From Vitrella brassicaformis CCMP3155 (taxonomy: Eukaryota; Protista; Chromerida), in the NCBI GenBank assembly GCA_001179505.1, contig CDMY01000436.1:124001-188000 (forward strand): a stretch of 64,000 nt of DNA. Direction: 5' to 3'. This document shows, piece after piece, positions 45,259 to 56,600 of this stretch. Every line of letters starts with the position of its first letter. Position 1 is the first letter of the stretch. Under the pieces are notes generated by a model. The model did no database searches, was not told where the DNA came from, and worked only from the letters and a program-made list of their open reading frames with translations. The translations under genes were made by a program, and so were the position numbers.

Positions 45259-47931
45259 CTATCTGTTCTTGCCCTTGCCCTTGCCCTCTTCATGTGAGAG
45301 TGCCGTGACCTCCAGCACCTCACCCTTGCCGTCGTCGGTCTTCTCCCCCTGATTCCTGCCCTCCACCCACACCTCCCCGAGAAAGCCTTCCACATAGCCT
45401 TTCTCGTCGTCATCGAGTGGCGGCACAGAGCAGATGCCCTCGGTCTTCTCGGTGTCCACTGCCCGAGTGGAGATGTCACCGTAGTGCAGGAGGGTGTCGG
45501 GGATTGACGAGTCTATCAGGTCGCCGAAGATGTTGTCGCACGACACGAGGCCAGCGATCTTGGTGTCGTCAAGGAGGTACGAGAAGAGCTTTATCTGAGA
45601 GAGGAACATGATTGAGACAGGGAAGGGAGAGTGATTCTGTGTGGAAAAGGGTGGAGGGTGTGCGTGTTGTCTGTCGTGCCTGCGCCATTTCTCCGATCAT
45701 GGTCTTGTGTGGGTAGATTCGGCCGTTGAATCGGTACTCGGTCGAGTGCCCGATCGTCAAAATGCCGAAGCGGCGGACCTTCTCACCCATCTGCAAAACA
45801 ACACACACACACACACACACCCCACATACCATCGTATCGTGTCCCTTTGTGTGCTGCGCGTCGCGTCCTGACGACCGCACCCACCGCGATGATGGTTGTG
45901 GCCATCTTGTCTCCGTTGAGGTACACACTGGTCCTTCCCGTGCTGCTCTGCCATGACACGGTCAGGTGCTTCCAGCAGCCGCCCCGCGCACACCAGTTCT
46001 TCTCATCCGGGAAAAAATTGTGGAACAGAAAAATCTGGTCCGCAACAGACACCTGACCACACACACACACACACAGGCATCCACACATTCACATACCGCC
46101 ACCGGGTGTGTCGTCGGTGTGTGTGTGCTCACCTCAAGGTCTCTGCCGACTGCCCTGATGAGCATTTCGAGCTGCCTGCCGGGCTGGCCGGGGATGCCGT
46201 AGCCGAGGAATGGCTGGACGGCCTCTGTGGGGGTGGGGTGTTGGGAGAGGGGGATGATGTTGAGCCAAGCCGAGAAGGTGAACTGGGTGAGCTGCGGGAA
46301 CCCCAGGCTGAGACTGCACGTCTGCCTCGTCTCAATGCGGCTGGTGAGGGAGGGGGGGCTGGGGAACTTGTAAACCAGACCTGACCAACGAAACAGCAGC
46401 ACACGTCACGCCTGATCCATCAAAAATCGGTGTCATTCATGTGGCTCTCCCTGTGTTCGATCACCCACCCTTTTCCGCCTCGAGGAATCGCACCGAGTCG
46501 ATCATCATGGCGGCGCCCGTGTCGTTCTCCGCGGCATCGGTGATTTGTGCGAGCGGCAGGACGTCGATGTGCAGATAGAGGACCGGGGGAAGCTCCGGGG
46601 GGATGGGCCGCCCGTCGTGCTCACTGTCAGTGGCTCCGGCGGCAGGGATGACCTCGTAGCCCTGGTTGCGGGGCTTGGTGGGGGAGCTGATCGGGGCCGC
46701 GAACAGGGTCTCGCCGTACAGCTGATGGTTCAAGCTCAGACGGATCTGACGGACGGACCACACAAACGGTTGTGTTGTGTACCGTACGCTGGGCCTCTGA
46801 GTGTTGTGTGGGGTAAATACCCCGAGAGGCGAGTAGTCGATGCCTATGGTCATGAAGTCCTCGTCCGCCTCCTGTGAGGAGTCCCCATTGAAGGCACGCA
46901 GCTCGCCAGCGGTGAACAGGCGGCTGTTGGCAATCATCGGGGACTTGTCCGCCGCAGAACCCCTCTCCCACCTGCCATTCATGATCCACAGCACAGCAGT
47001 GGCACACCCACCAAGCCCATGGGTGACGATTCCTACGCCCATTGGGTCTCATCTCATTCCCCTCTCACTTGAGGATCTTGTATCTCATTTTGCCGTCGGT
47101 GGCATTCTTGCCGTCTCCTGTGGTGGCCATCAGCACCCCAATCTCGTACTGGTCGCCATCCAGCTTCTCGGGTTTAGTCGAATCTTTGCCCTTGCCCTTG
47201 CCCTTGCCCTCGCCCTTGTCGAATCTGTCCATCGATGAGGGGTAAGGCGACGCCCATATCGACTGGAACAGCGTCGCGTTGGCGGACTTGGCCAGCTTCA
47301 TGCGCAACTCCAGATGGCCGAAGCCCAGAATGGGCTTGGTGGATGACATCCGCACCCCCTGGGTGCCTTCTGCCATGATGGCCACCTGCACAGAATCCTC
47401 CTCCCTGCCCTCGGGCACGAACTTGAGCACACCATTGTCCACCTCGGCCGCAACCTGGGTGGCAGGCTTGTCCTCAGCCTCGTCGGATGCGAGCGGGCAG
47501 CCGACCGTGAGGGCGCTCTTGTGCCTCTTGAGCACAGCGTCGGCCGAACCGGCCTGGCTGCAGTCGAGGTGAGGGACCTTCTCGCCCCTGGCCGCCTTGG
47601 CCATGTCGGTCATGGTGCCCCCGCCCTTGACGATTGGCGTCAGAGTCCACCGATCACTGTCCAGCTCATCGCCCTCAAAGTCGTCCCGCCACACGGTGGT
47701 GTAGCCGGGGAAATCTTCCCCCTTGGCACCTGCGAAACAAACAGCACAAACAAGCAATCAGGTGGTGGTCGCCTCGAGAGTGATTCGAAAGGCAGGCTAG
47801 CCAGATTCACCTGGACATTTGCCGCCCGTGTCTGTGCCACAAGACTGCTGCGCACGTGATGGTCCAGCACTGAGCGCAAGGAGCAGCAGCGATGCGGCAG
47901 CAAGCGGCCTCCTCAGACGCAGTGTAGGCAT
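45259..47931 (-). CDS. Secreted GH16-like (degenerate active site) plus pentraxin/LamG-like domain protein
   Basis: Signal MPTLRLRRPLAAASLLLLALSAGPSRA; YTTVWRDDFEGDELDSDRW, GFGHLELRMKL, FMTIGIDYSP...IRLSLN, MMIDSVRFL (GH16 fold); FTFSAWLN, CWKHLTVSWQSSTGRTSVYLNG, GILTIG, IGEMAQ (pentraxin-like). Confidence 0.75.
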
Positions 47932-48578
47932 TGTACGGCAAAGGGAAGAACCCCCCCAGGTCGCCTCTTGCTCACCGCACTGCCTATCTCAGCATCGCTC
48001 GCTCCCTTGATACGCACGCACTTCTCACCTCCTGCGCGGTTTTCGCCCTTTTCTTTTCGGAAGGCCAGGCGATCGCCCTTGCCGTTAGCGGATATGCTGG
48101 CCGCGCCACCAACCAAGAGGAGATGTGTGTGATGTGGAGAAGCCCCCTCGTTTGCCTCGTGAGCAGGACCATCTGGTGACCTAATGATTACAAAGGAGAA
48201 GGTCGCATCTGCTCAGCTGTACTTTTATTTCGAACGCAGAGACATCTGATCACGCAGTGCCACGCGATGTCCTCATTCACCAAAACACTGCAACGTCTAG
48301 CTACACAGATAGGTCTGGTGTGCACACAGAGTCAGTCACGCTACGTGAGAGAGAGGAGAGAAGCGCAGAACCACCAGAGCAGACGACACACGGTAGCCAG
48401 CCAACACTGACTGTAGCTTGTCATCATGCACGCACTAGATCGATGTGATGCAGCACGGAGAGAGACCGACAGCCCAGCCCAACGCACCACCACACCTCAA
48501 TGTGCACTGCACGCCATACAGCACAGCAACGAAGACAAAAACACGGATGGATTCACACAATACACAACAGAGACCTAT

Positions 48579-50089
48579 CTATCGCCCTCGGGCGAACGAC
48601 CGACAGCCACAATCCCACTCAATCACGCCTCCCCGGCCAGTCGACAGTGCTGCGACAGGCGACGCGACTGCTCGACATGGGGGAGATGCCCTCTGCCCCC
48701 TCTCTAGGCTCTCGGGCCCAGTTCTAGGCTTCTCTGCGCCTGGCTGACGGACGGCACTGCAGGCCGCAGAAGGCTGAACGTCATGCCGAGACTCTGCTGC
48801 AAAATGCGGAGCGACATCCTCAGGTCTTGCTGCAAACGACACGCAGAGAAGCAGGACCTCGTGAGTCAGTCGATGCTGTATGTGTAGTTTTCGTGAGTCA
48901 GTCAGTACCAGCCATGCCCCTCTCTTTGATGGTATGCGGACAATGATGGGCTTTTTCATCACCAGGCCCATCCACCCAAACACGCGAACCACATCGGTGT
49001 CCTCAGGCGCCACATTCAACACCGCTCCACCGTAACCGATGAACTCCAGCGACTCAGCAGCAGCGTGGTCGAGGGCGGGTGAGTATCTCGCCCTGATGGC
49101 CGCGCGGAAACTCTGAACGTCCTCCACGCCCTTCAGGCGGACAAACTTGGGATTGTGCCCGTACTCCAGAGCAACCCACAGCCCCCTTGGCCCTTCCTTC
49201 TCCTGCTGCTGGGGGCGGGTGAGAACATTCCTCTGTGTCCTGCGGGGCGGCGGCGCTATGGGAACACTCAACTGGACGAGTTGAGCGCCGGGATGGGAGG
49301 GGCTGGTCGCTGTCGCTTGCGGGTCAAACCGCTGCACATTCGCGATAAAACATCTGGCACTGGTGCGGCTGATACCCTGCTGCACCAGGTCACACACGGT
49401 GAGTGTTCTAAACGCGTCCCATGATGTGATCCGGAGCGCCAAGACCCCCTCTCGGAACTCGTCAGCCTGTGGATTCGACCGCAGCACGTGATCCACAGCC
49501 ACCAGGAAGGAGGTGTCACTGTTGAGGTGACAAAGGCAAACACACCACACCACACCCCGGAAAGTCGCACAGTGAGTGAAGACAGACACCGTGTCTGTCG
49601 CTCTCCTTGCCTTCCCTCCCTTTGACTGACCTGAGAGGATCCAGGAAACTCAGTGCGTAGACAACGGCTTTCGCAACACCCAGAGGAACACCAGCAGCGA
49701 CAAAGTCCTCAGCGCTGACCCGTCTGAAGTCGCTCCACGACTTGATGACAGCGGTGAACTGCTCACGATGAGCATGGAAGCTGGCGTAGGATGGATCAGC
49801 GAGAACCCGGTCAAGGGCAATATCAAACCGTGTCGAGGCCTCCTCCAAAGACAGATCTTCGTAAATCGTGTCATCAGGAACAATTGCAAGACGGGAGGAA
49901 GGTGACAGCGTCCATCCACCCGCAAACAGGGAGATGAGGAGGGCTGCGATCTAGCGAGAACCCGTTTCACGGAGCCCGACCCCATTGGTTCGGTTTCACG
50001 TACGCTCTAATCCCGCCCGCACGTTTGGGGTGTCTGACAGCACACTTACCCCAATGCCAACAGTTCTCGTCTTTCGGTTCACGTGTCAT
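48579..50089 (-). CDS. Hypothetical protein with two SAM-like helical domains and a ubiquitin-like (Crinkler-header-like) domain; ends uncertain
   Basis: SWSDFRRVSAEDFVAAGVPLGVAKAVV and TSWDAFRTLTVCDLVQQGISRTSARCFI (tandem SAM-like, joined by an in-frame intron); LWVALEYGHNPKFVRLKGVEDVQSFRAAIRARYSPALDHAAAESLEF...PIIVRIP. Upstream exon joined via a GTAAGT donor near 50050. Confidence 0.6.
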
Positions 50090-50509
50090 GAGGGCAGCAC
50101 ATGGTGACAGGTCCATGGTATGATGTCCCCGTTGCCATCGCCTTGCCCAGTGACACGCTCCCCGAAAGCCGAGAAGCAGGACGCATCGCAGCGAAACCCA
50201 GGTCACACACATGAAACTGTTTTAGTTAACGACTGTGTGTAGATCCACACAGACTGACTTGTGCGTGGCAAAACCGACAGCTAGCGCAGCGGACAGATGC
50301 GCGTGGATGGAGTGAGTGGGAACCGCGTGACTGTGATGGCGAAACCGACAGAAAAGAAAAAGATAGAGCCCGTGAGTGACTGAGTGACTGAGTGAGGGAG
50401 CACACAGACTGTTGCTCGTGGTTTCGCCCGCAACACAGTGCCCTCAAAGAAAGTCAGAACGCAGAGAGGGAGACGATCGCGAGAAAGCTTGCCTGTCTGC
50501 CCTTCCCAA

Positions 50510-50809
50510 NNNNNNNNNNNNNNNNNNNNNNNNNNNNNNNNNNNNNNNNNNNNNNNNNNNNNNNNNNNNNNNNNNNNNNNNNNNNNNNNNNNNNNNNNNN
50601 NNNNNNNNNNNNNNNNNNNNNNNNNNNNNNNNNNNNNNNNNNNNNNNNNNNNNNNNNNNNNNNNNNNNNNNNNNNNNNNNNNNNNNNNNNNNNNNNNNNN
50701 NNNNNNNNNNNNNNNNNNNNNNNNNNNNNNNNNNNNNNNNNNNNNNNNNNNNNNNNNNNNNNNNNNNNNNNNNNNNNNNNNNNNNNNNNNNNNNNNNNNN
50801 NNNNNNNNN
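50510..50809. other. Assembly gap (300 N), intergenic
   Basis: N run. Confidence 0.95.
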
Positions 50810-51185
50810 CTCTCCGCTGCTTGCCCTTCCTCTCTCCCCACGCCAGCCAGCCAGTCCGTCCGTCCGTCCGTCAGTCCGGTCGGTCGACGCACACAAAATC
50901 GGTTCTGACGTGACGTGACGTGAGTGACACCACAAGCAGCCGGCCACTCGAGTGCAGTCAGTCGTCCCATCCTTGGCAAGGCACACATCCATGCCACCCC
51001 ACCCCACCCCACCCAATCACTTCTGCATATTCAGTCAGTCGATCCAGCCAGCCAGCCACCCACCCAGCCATTCATTGATTGCAACACAGACGGAAGATAG
51101 ATATGTAGGAGGCTCTCCAAAACTTAGAGTGCGGCGGTGCCTCGCCCGAATAGGGCGACAGCCAGCCAGCCATTCAATTCAATGC

Positions 51186-51245
51186 TCGCACACACACGCA
51201 CACACACACACACGCATACACATACACATACACATACACACAGAC
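51186..51245. repeat. (CA)n/(CATACA)n microsatellite
   Basis: cacacacgcacacacacacacacgcatacacatacacatacacatacaca; one example of the simple repeats found in most introns and spacers. Confidence 0.85.
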
Positions 51246-52151
51246 AGAAACGTATAGACACCCAACAACAGGCACACCACACGGACAGAGACATCGACAT
51301 GCACACGCACACCAACAGACACCCATCGATCTATATAGCTTCCCTCCCTCAATCGACTGACTCGACGCCCCTCCCCTCTTCTCCTAGCTCTCTCTCAGCT
51401 TTGTCGTGCATTCTACCGAGTAAGGCAAGGCAGGCCATCTGGGTGGGGTGGGTGGTTGTGATGATGTGCAGGCAAAACCGAAAAAGAGCTCCATTCCGAG
51501 CACGGCCATGCTTGTGAGGCAGCCTTAAACCAGGGAAGCAACAAAGGCGAGGTCACGGCGAGAGGTAATAGAGAGGGAAGGAGGGGGGAGAGGGAGAGAG
51601 GGAACTGACTGGGTGACTGACTGGGCAAGCCGGGCAAGGAAGAGAAGACAGAGGCAGGCAGGCAGGCAGCCAGACAGATCAGGAGAGAGAGAGAGAGAGT
51701 TGAGAGAGCGGCAGGCAACACAGCCGTGCTAGGAAGGGCAAAATAGCGAGGGCTAATGTGCTGACTGACTCTATGTCTGTCTCTGGCTGGTTGTCGCTTG
51801 CTGCGTACGTGAGGAGTCCCAGGGGAAGATTCACAGGGCAGAGCTGCTAGTCCTTAGCAGTGCTACCCTGTCAACCAGCCGCAGGCGCCCCTCCCACACG
51901 GAGCACACCAGCAGCAGCCCGATCCGATACAGACAGACCATTGCAAGCACTATGTCCAAGGGAGAGACGACATACACATCCCTCCCCTACCCTGCCCCCC
52001 TGCCCTGCCCATCTCTATGCAACTATCATTGCCAAAACCCAACGACACAGCTCTAGAGGACGCAATCAGTAGCTAGTCACTCAACCATGCCATCCATCCG
52101 CCCGCCCGCCCGCTCGTTGGTCTGTCTAGTGGCGTCGTGGTGGTGGTGGTG

Positions 52152-52947
52152 TCACTGGTATGACGGTGAGTTGGCTCGAAGCAGCCCCTCGGCGGACAGC
52201 ACCTGAGCCATCAATCCATCCATCCGACACACAAGGCGAGGTCATGCAGAGTAGCGTATGTGTGGGTCAGGTCTGTGTGTCTGGCTGGCTGGCTGGCTGG
52301 CGCTCTCACGCAACGCACCTTCGGGAAGTGCGGGAAGGACTCCTTGTCTTTGGGGACAGGGTGGCCATCGCACACCTCAACCAGCTCGGCCCGAGAGCCT
52401 GACCACCACACAGCACAGACAGGCCATCCCAATCACTCACATGTGAGACGAGACATGTCTTATCTGTCTGTCCCATATGATGTGCTATCCTGTATGTGAC
52501 TCACTTACCGTTCATGGTGACTAGGTAGTCGGCCTTCCTGTTGTCCGCATCCACGACGGTCGATGCTGTGGAGATGACCGACGAGCTCGACCGCGACTTC
52601 AGCAGCAGACCACCACTGCCACAGCCACCGCCCTCCTTCTCCCCGCCGCCATAAGGCATGGCATAGCCCTTGAGGACGATCGATCTGCCGCTGGCGTCGT
52701 CGTCCATGCCCTCGAACATAAAGCGGTGCTCGAACCGCAGCACGAAGCTGTGGCCGTCGCGGGACACATTGAGGGAGGTGGAGAACACCTGCTGGTGCCC
52801 GCTCTTGAGCTGCTCGATGTCTGTGGCGGTCAGCTTGAGGTCCCGGAGGGCTGGATGTGGGGCGGGGAGAGGGGACTGGGCGGGGGAGTCGACCTCGATG
52901 GGAGACTCAGGCAGGGAGGGGCGCATCGTCAGGGTGTCCACTGACAT
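52152..52947 (-). CDS. Hypothetical protein (3 exons)
   Basis: MSVDTLTMRP...ADYLVTMN|GSRAELVEVCDGHPVPKDKESFPHFPK|VLSAEGLLRANSPSYQ stop; GT-AG junctions in frame. Confidence 0.6.
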
Positions 52948-53637
52948 ACTGATGTCTAGCGAGAGGCACTTCGAGAGGAAATCAGTGAGGTGATGTCCGA
53001 GGACGGCTGGCTAAGCAGCGGCTTAGTGTCAAGACCCTAACGCCTTCGTGAAACGCTTCGCCTCTGCCGATCCCGAGACACAGAGCTGTTTCCCGAGTTT
53101 TGGAGTTCTCTCTGGTCCTGCTGAGTGGCGAGCGGCTGTGATCTGCCTTCTGGGCGAAAAGCCATTCGACAAGCGGCTGATTTTCGGTGAGCGGCGTGAG
53201 TCGTCGAGGCAAGAGAGTCTTTCACTCGATAGGCACACGACACACAAGATGTCCACCCTATGGAAGCTCACGCAGATGTGCTGCGACATTGCCGGCAACA
53301 CTACCCGTAAGACACACACTCGGCGGCCTGCAAGGCTGTGCTGCTGGGCTGAGCTGGTCTGCGCTGGCTGACGCCCGGCCGAGGGACTGCTGGGCTGGGC
53401 GAGCGAGGCAGCGGGTGTGCCGTCCACCTGTAGCTAGATCCGTAGCCTCTGGCAGGGTGAAAGTGTAGCGCATCTGACAGCCGCATCGCATCGCTGGGAG
53501 CAACCTGACTGACCTGCAGACAGACAGGCAGGAGGGCAGGAGGCGGTGGACGTGTGTGTCCGTGGTGCCATTGTGTCTGGTGTGGTGTCTGGATGTGTGT
53601 CTGTGGGTCTCTGTGTGTGTGTGTGTGTGCAGCAACC

Positions 53638-56600
53638 ATGAACGGGCAACACATGAACGAGGAGGTAGCCAACAGCAAGGTCGCTCTCGAGGACGGTGCA
53701 ATATGTGCATGTGTGTGTGTCTATGTGTGTGCCTCCAGGTGGTGCGAGAGATGCGTCGCCAGACGTTCCGCGACTGTCGTGCGGTGAGGCCAACACACAC
53801 AAATTGATTGACACAGCTCATGTGACGGAGACGAGAGGGTGGGGGGGCTGGTGTGTCTGTCAATCCACTGTGTGTGCAGGAGTTGGCCAAGCTGATCAAC
53901 GAGACGAACTGCCACCCCATAATGGTGCGGCTGGCCTGGCATGACGCCGGCACATACGACTGCAAGACAGCCGTAAGACGCAGACACCGCACACTCGCGC
54001 TCGCTGACACAAGCCAGCAAGCCACAGACATTCTGTATGTGTGATGTGTGATGTGTGTCGGTTGCAGGTGGGCGGTGCGAACGGTTCCATTCGTTTCGAG
54101 CCCGAGATCAACCACGGTGCTAATGCGGGTCTCAAAAAGGGACTGGAGCTGCTGCAGCTCATCAAGGACAAATTCCTCGACGTGTCGTGGGCCGACCTCA
54201 TCCAAATGGCCAGCGCCACAGCCATCGAACTCGCGGGCGGCCCACGCATCCCTATGAAGTGAGCAAGGCAACCACCTCACCACCTCACCACCGCACCCAT
54301 GTGATTGATGTGTGTTCTGCACTGCACACCCTCCCTCCCTCCCTCGCGTGTCGTCTTATGTTATGTGTGTGTAAAGGTATGGGCGATTGGACGTGTTTGG
54401 CGGGGCCGACTGCCCGCCTGAGGGCAACCTGCCTGCCGGCGGTGCTCCGTGGCCCGCGGGCGCAGACGGCCCTCAGAAACACATCCGGGACATATTCTAT
54501 CGGTGAGGGAGGGAGGGCAGGGGAGGGGAGGGGAGTGGAGGGGCAGAGAGAGATCACAGAGAGAATGAGCTGCTGGATGGGAACGGGATGTGTGTGAATA
54601 TGTTTCATCAGCATGGGATTCGGTGACAAGGAGATCGTGGCCCTGTCGGGAGCGCACACACTGGGCCGCGCTCGAACGGTATACACACAAACACAACACA
54701 CACAAAGGTCGGATGACCGACCGGTATGTGAAAGTGTATGTCCTTCTCTCTCTCTCGTGTCCTGGCACGGCGCACACAACAGGATCGCAGTGGGTTTGGT
54801 GCTGGCGACGAGGGTTCCAAGTACACGGCGGGCGACGTCAAGCCACGGGGCGACGGACAGGAGGGATACGGTAGGCACATAGACACGACACACACGTGCA
54901 GAGGGAGAGTGAGTAACATCGAGACCTACCTTTCATTTGTATGGTGTGTGTCAGGCAATCCCGGCGGCAAGTCGTGGACCCCCAACTGGCTCAAGTTCGA
55001 CAACTCGTAAGCCATAAGGGAGAGAGAGCATACACACACACTTGCTTTGCTTGTGCACGCACTGCACGGAGCTGTGTGTCCCCGGGTGGGATGGGGTGAT
55101 GCAGGTACTTCACGGTGCTGAAGGACAAGATGAACGGCGACCTGCTCGCACTCGACACCGACAAGTGCCTCTTCGAAGGTGATCTGATCAGATCTGACAA
55201 CACTCACACACATATGCCAGCCGCAACACCGATGCATCCATATTTCTTTCCCTGTCAGATGCTGCCTTCAAGCCCTTCGCCGAGAAGTACGCCGCCGACG
55301 AGTCGGCATTCTTCAAAGACTACGCCATGGTCTGTTTGTCAGTGAGTCCAGCCTGCACAAGACAAGACACGCGTCCATCCCACTCTGACTGACTGACCGG
55401 TCTGTCCTTTCCTGTGCACACGCGTGTGTCAGGCCCACAAGGCGTTGAGTGAGTTGGGCAGCAAGTGGGAGCCTGCGGACGGCATGTACATCGACCCACC
55501 AACCGTCGAACGGCTCCAGGAGTGCCAGGAGGTCACACACACACACACACACACAGGAGGCACACGAGCGGCATTCAGCCTTTCCTTGCCTTGCGCATCA
55601 CTGCCGTCGCCGCGCATCCATCGTGTCGTGTTTGTCGTGTGTGCATTGCAGGTGTTGAAGAAGATGGTCGACGAGGTGAACTGCCACCCCATCCTCATCC
55701 GGCTGGCCTGGCACGACTCGGGCACGTATGACGCCAAGATGCCGGTACCTACCTGTCCTGTCACACACACGATAGACATGCACACCTGCACCCTCTCTCC
55801 TCCCCGCCCGCCACTCACTAACAATCAGATGACCGATTGGCCCAACTGCGGCGGTGCCAACGGGTCGATCCGTTTCGAGCCGGAGATCAACCACGGTGCC
55901 AACGCGGGTCTGCAGAACGCCCTGAACCTGCTGAAGCCCATCAAGGCGTCCTTCCCCGAGATCAGCTGGGCCGACCTCATGCAGATGGCCAGCGCCACAG
56001 CCATCGAGGTGGCCGGCGGCCCCAAGATTCCCATGCGGTCAGTGCAGTGGGAGGGCAGCCAGCGATGGGGGAGTGAGTGATCTGTATGTGCGTCGTTCGT
56101 GTGACGTGATGAATCAATGGGGTTGTGCAGTTATGGTCGTTTGGATGCGTGGGCTCCGAAGAACTGTCCGAAGGAGGGCAACCTGCCGGCCGGTGGGGCC
56201 CCCTGGCCGGGCAGTGCCAGCACGCCCCAGCAGCACCTGCGGGACGTCTTCCACCGCATGGGCCTCTCCGACAAGGACATCGTGGCGCTCTCGGGCGCGC
56301 ACACACTGGGACGCGCCTACAAGGTCAGAGGGAGGGAGGGAGGGAGAGAGGGAGGGAGGAGAATGGTGTGGTGTGTGGTGTGCAGTTCCGCAGTGGGTTT
56401 GGTTTGGACGAGAAGGGTTGCAAGTACACGACCGGCAAGTGCCTCGTGCGCAAGGATGGCAAGGAGGGACATGGTAAGGTCTACCGCACGCACGGCACAG
56501 CACAGCACAGCACAAGCAGGTCTGTCTGTCTCCCTTGCCCATCCGACTCTGTCTGTCGTTGTGTGCGTCTGGCTGACCAGGCCAGACGGACGGCGGTCAG

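Noticed and set aside
49950-50050. Possible structured RNA (gttcggtttc resembles a B-box)
   Set aside because: No cloverleaf could be built, and the segment fits better as an intron of the SAM/Ubl gene.
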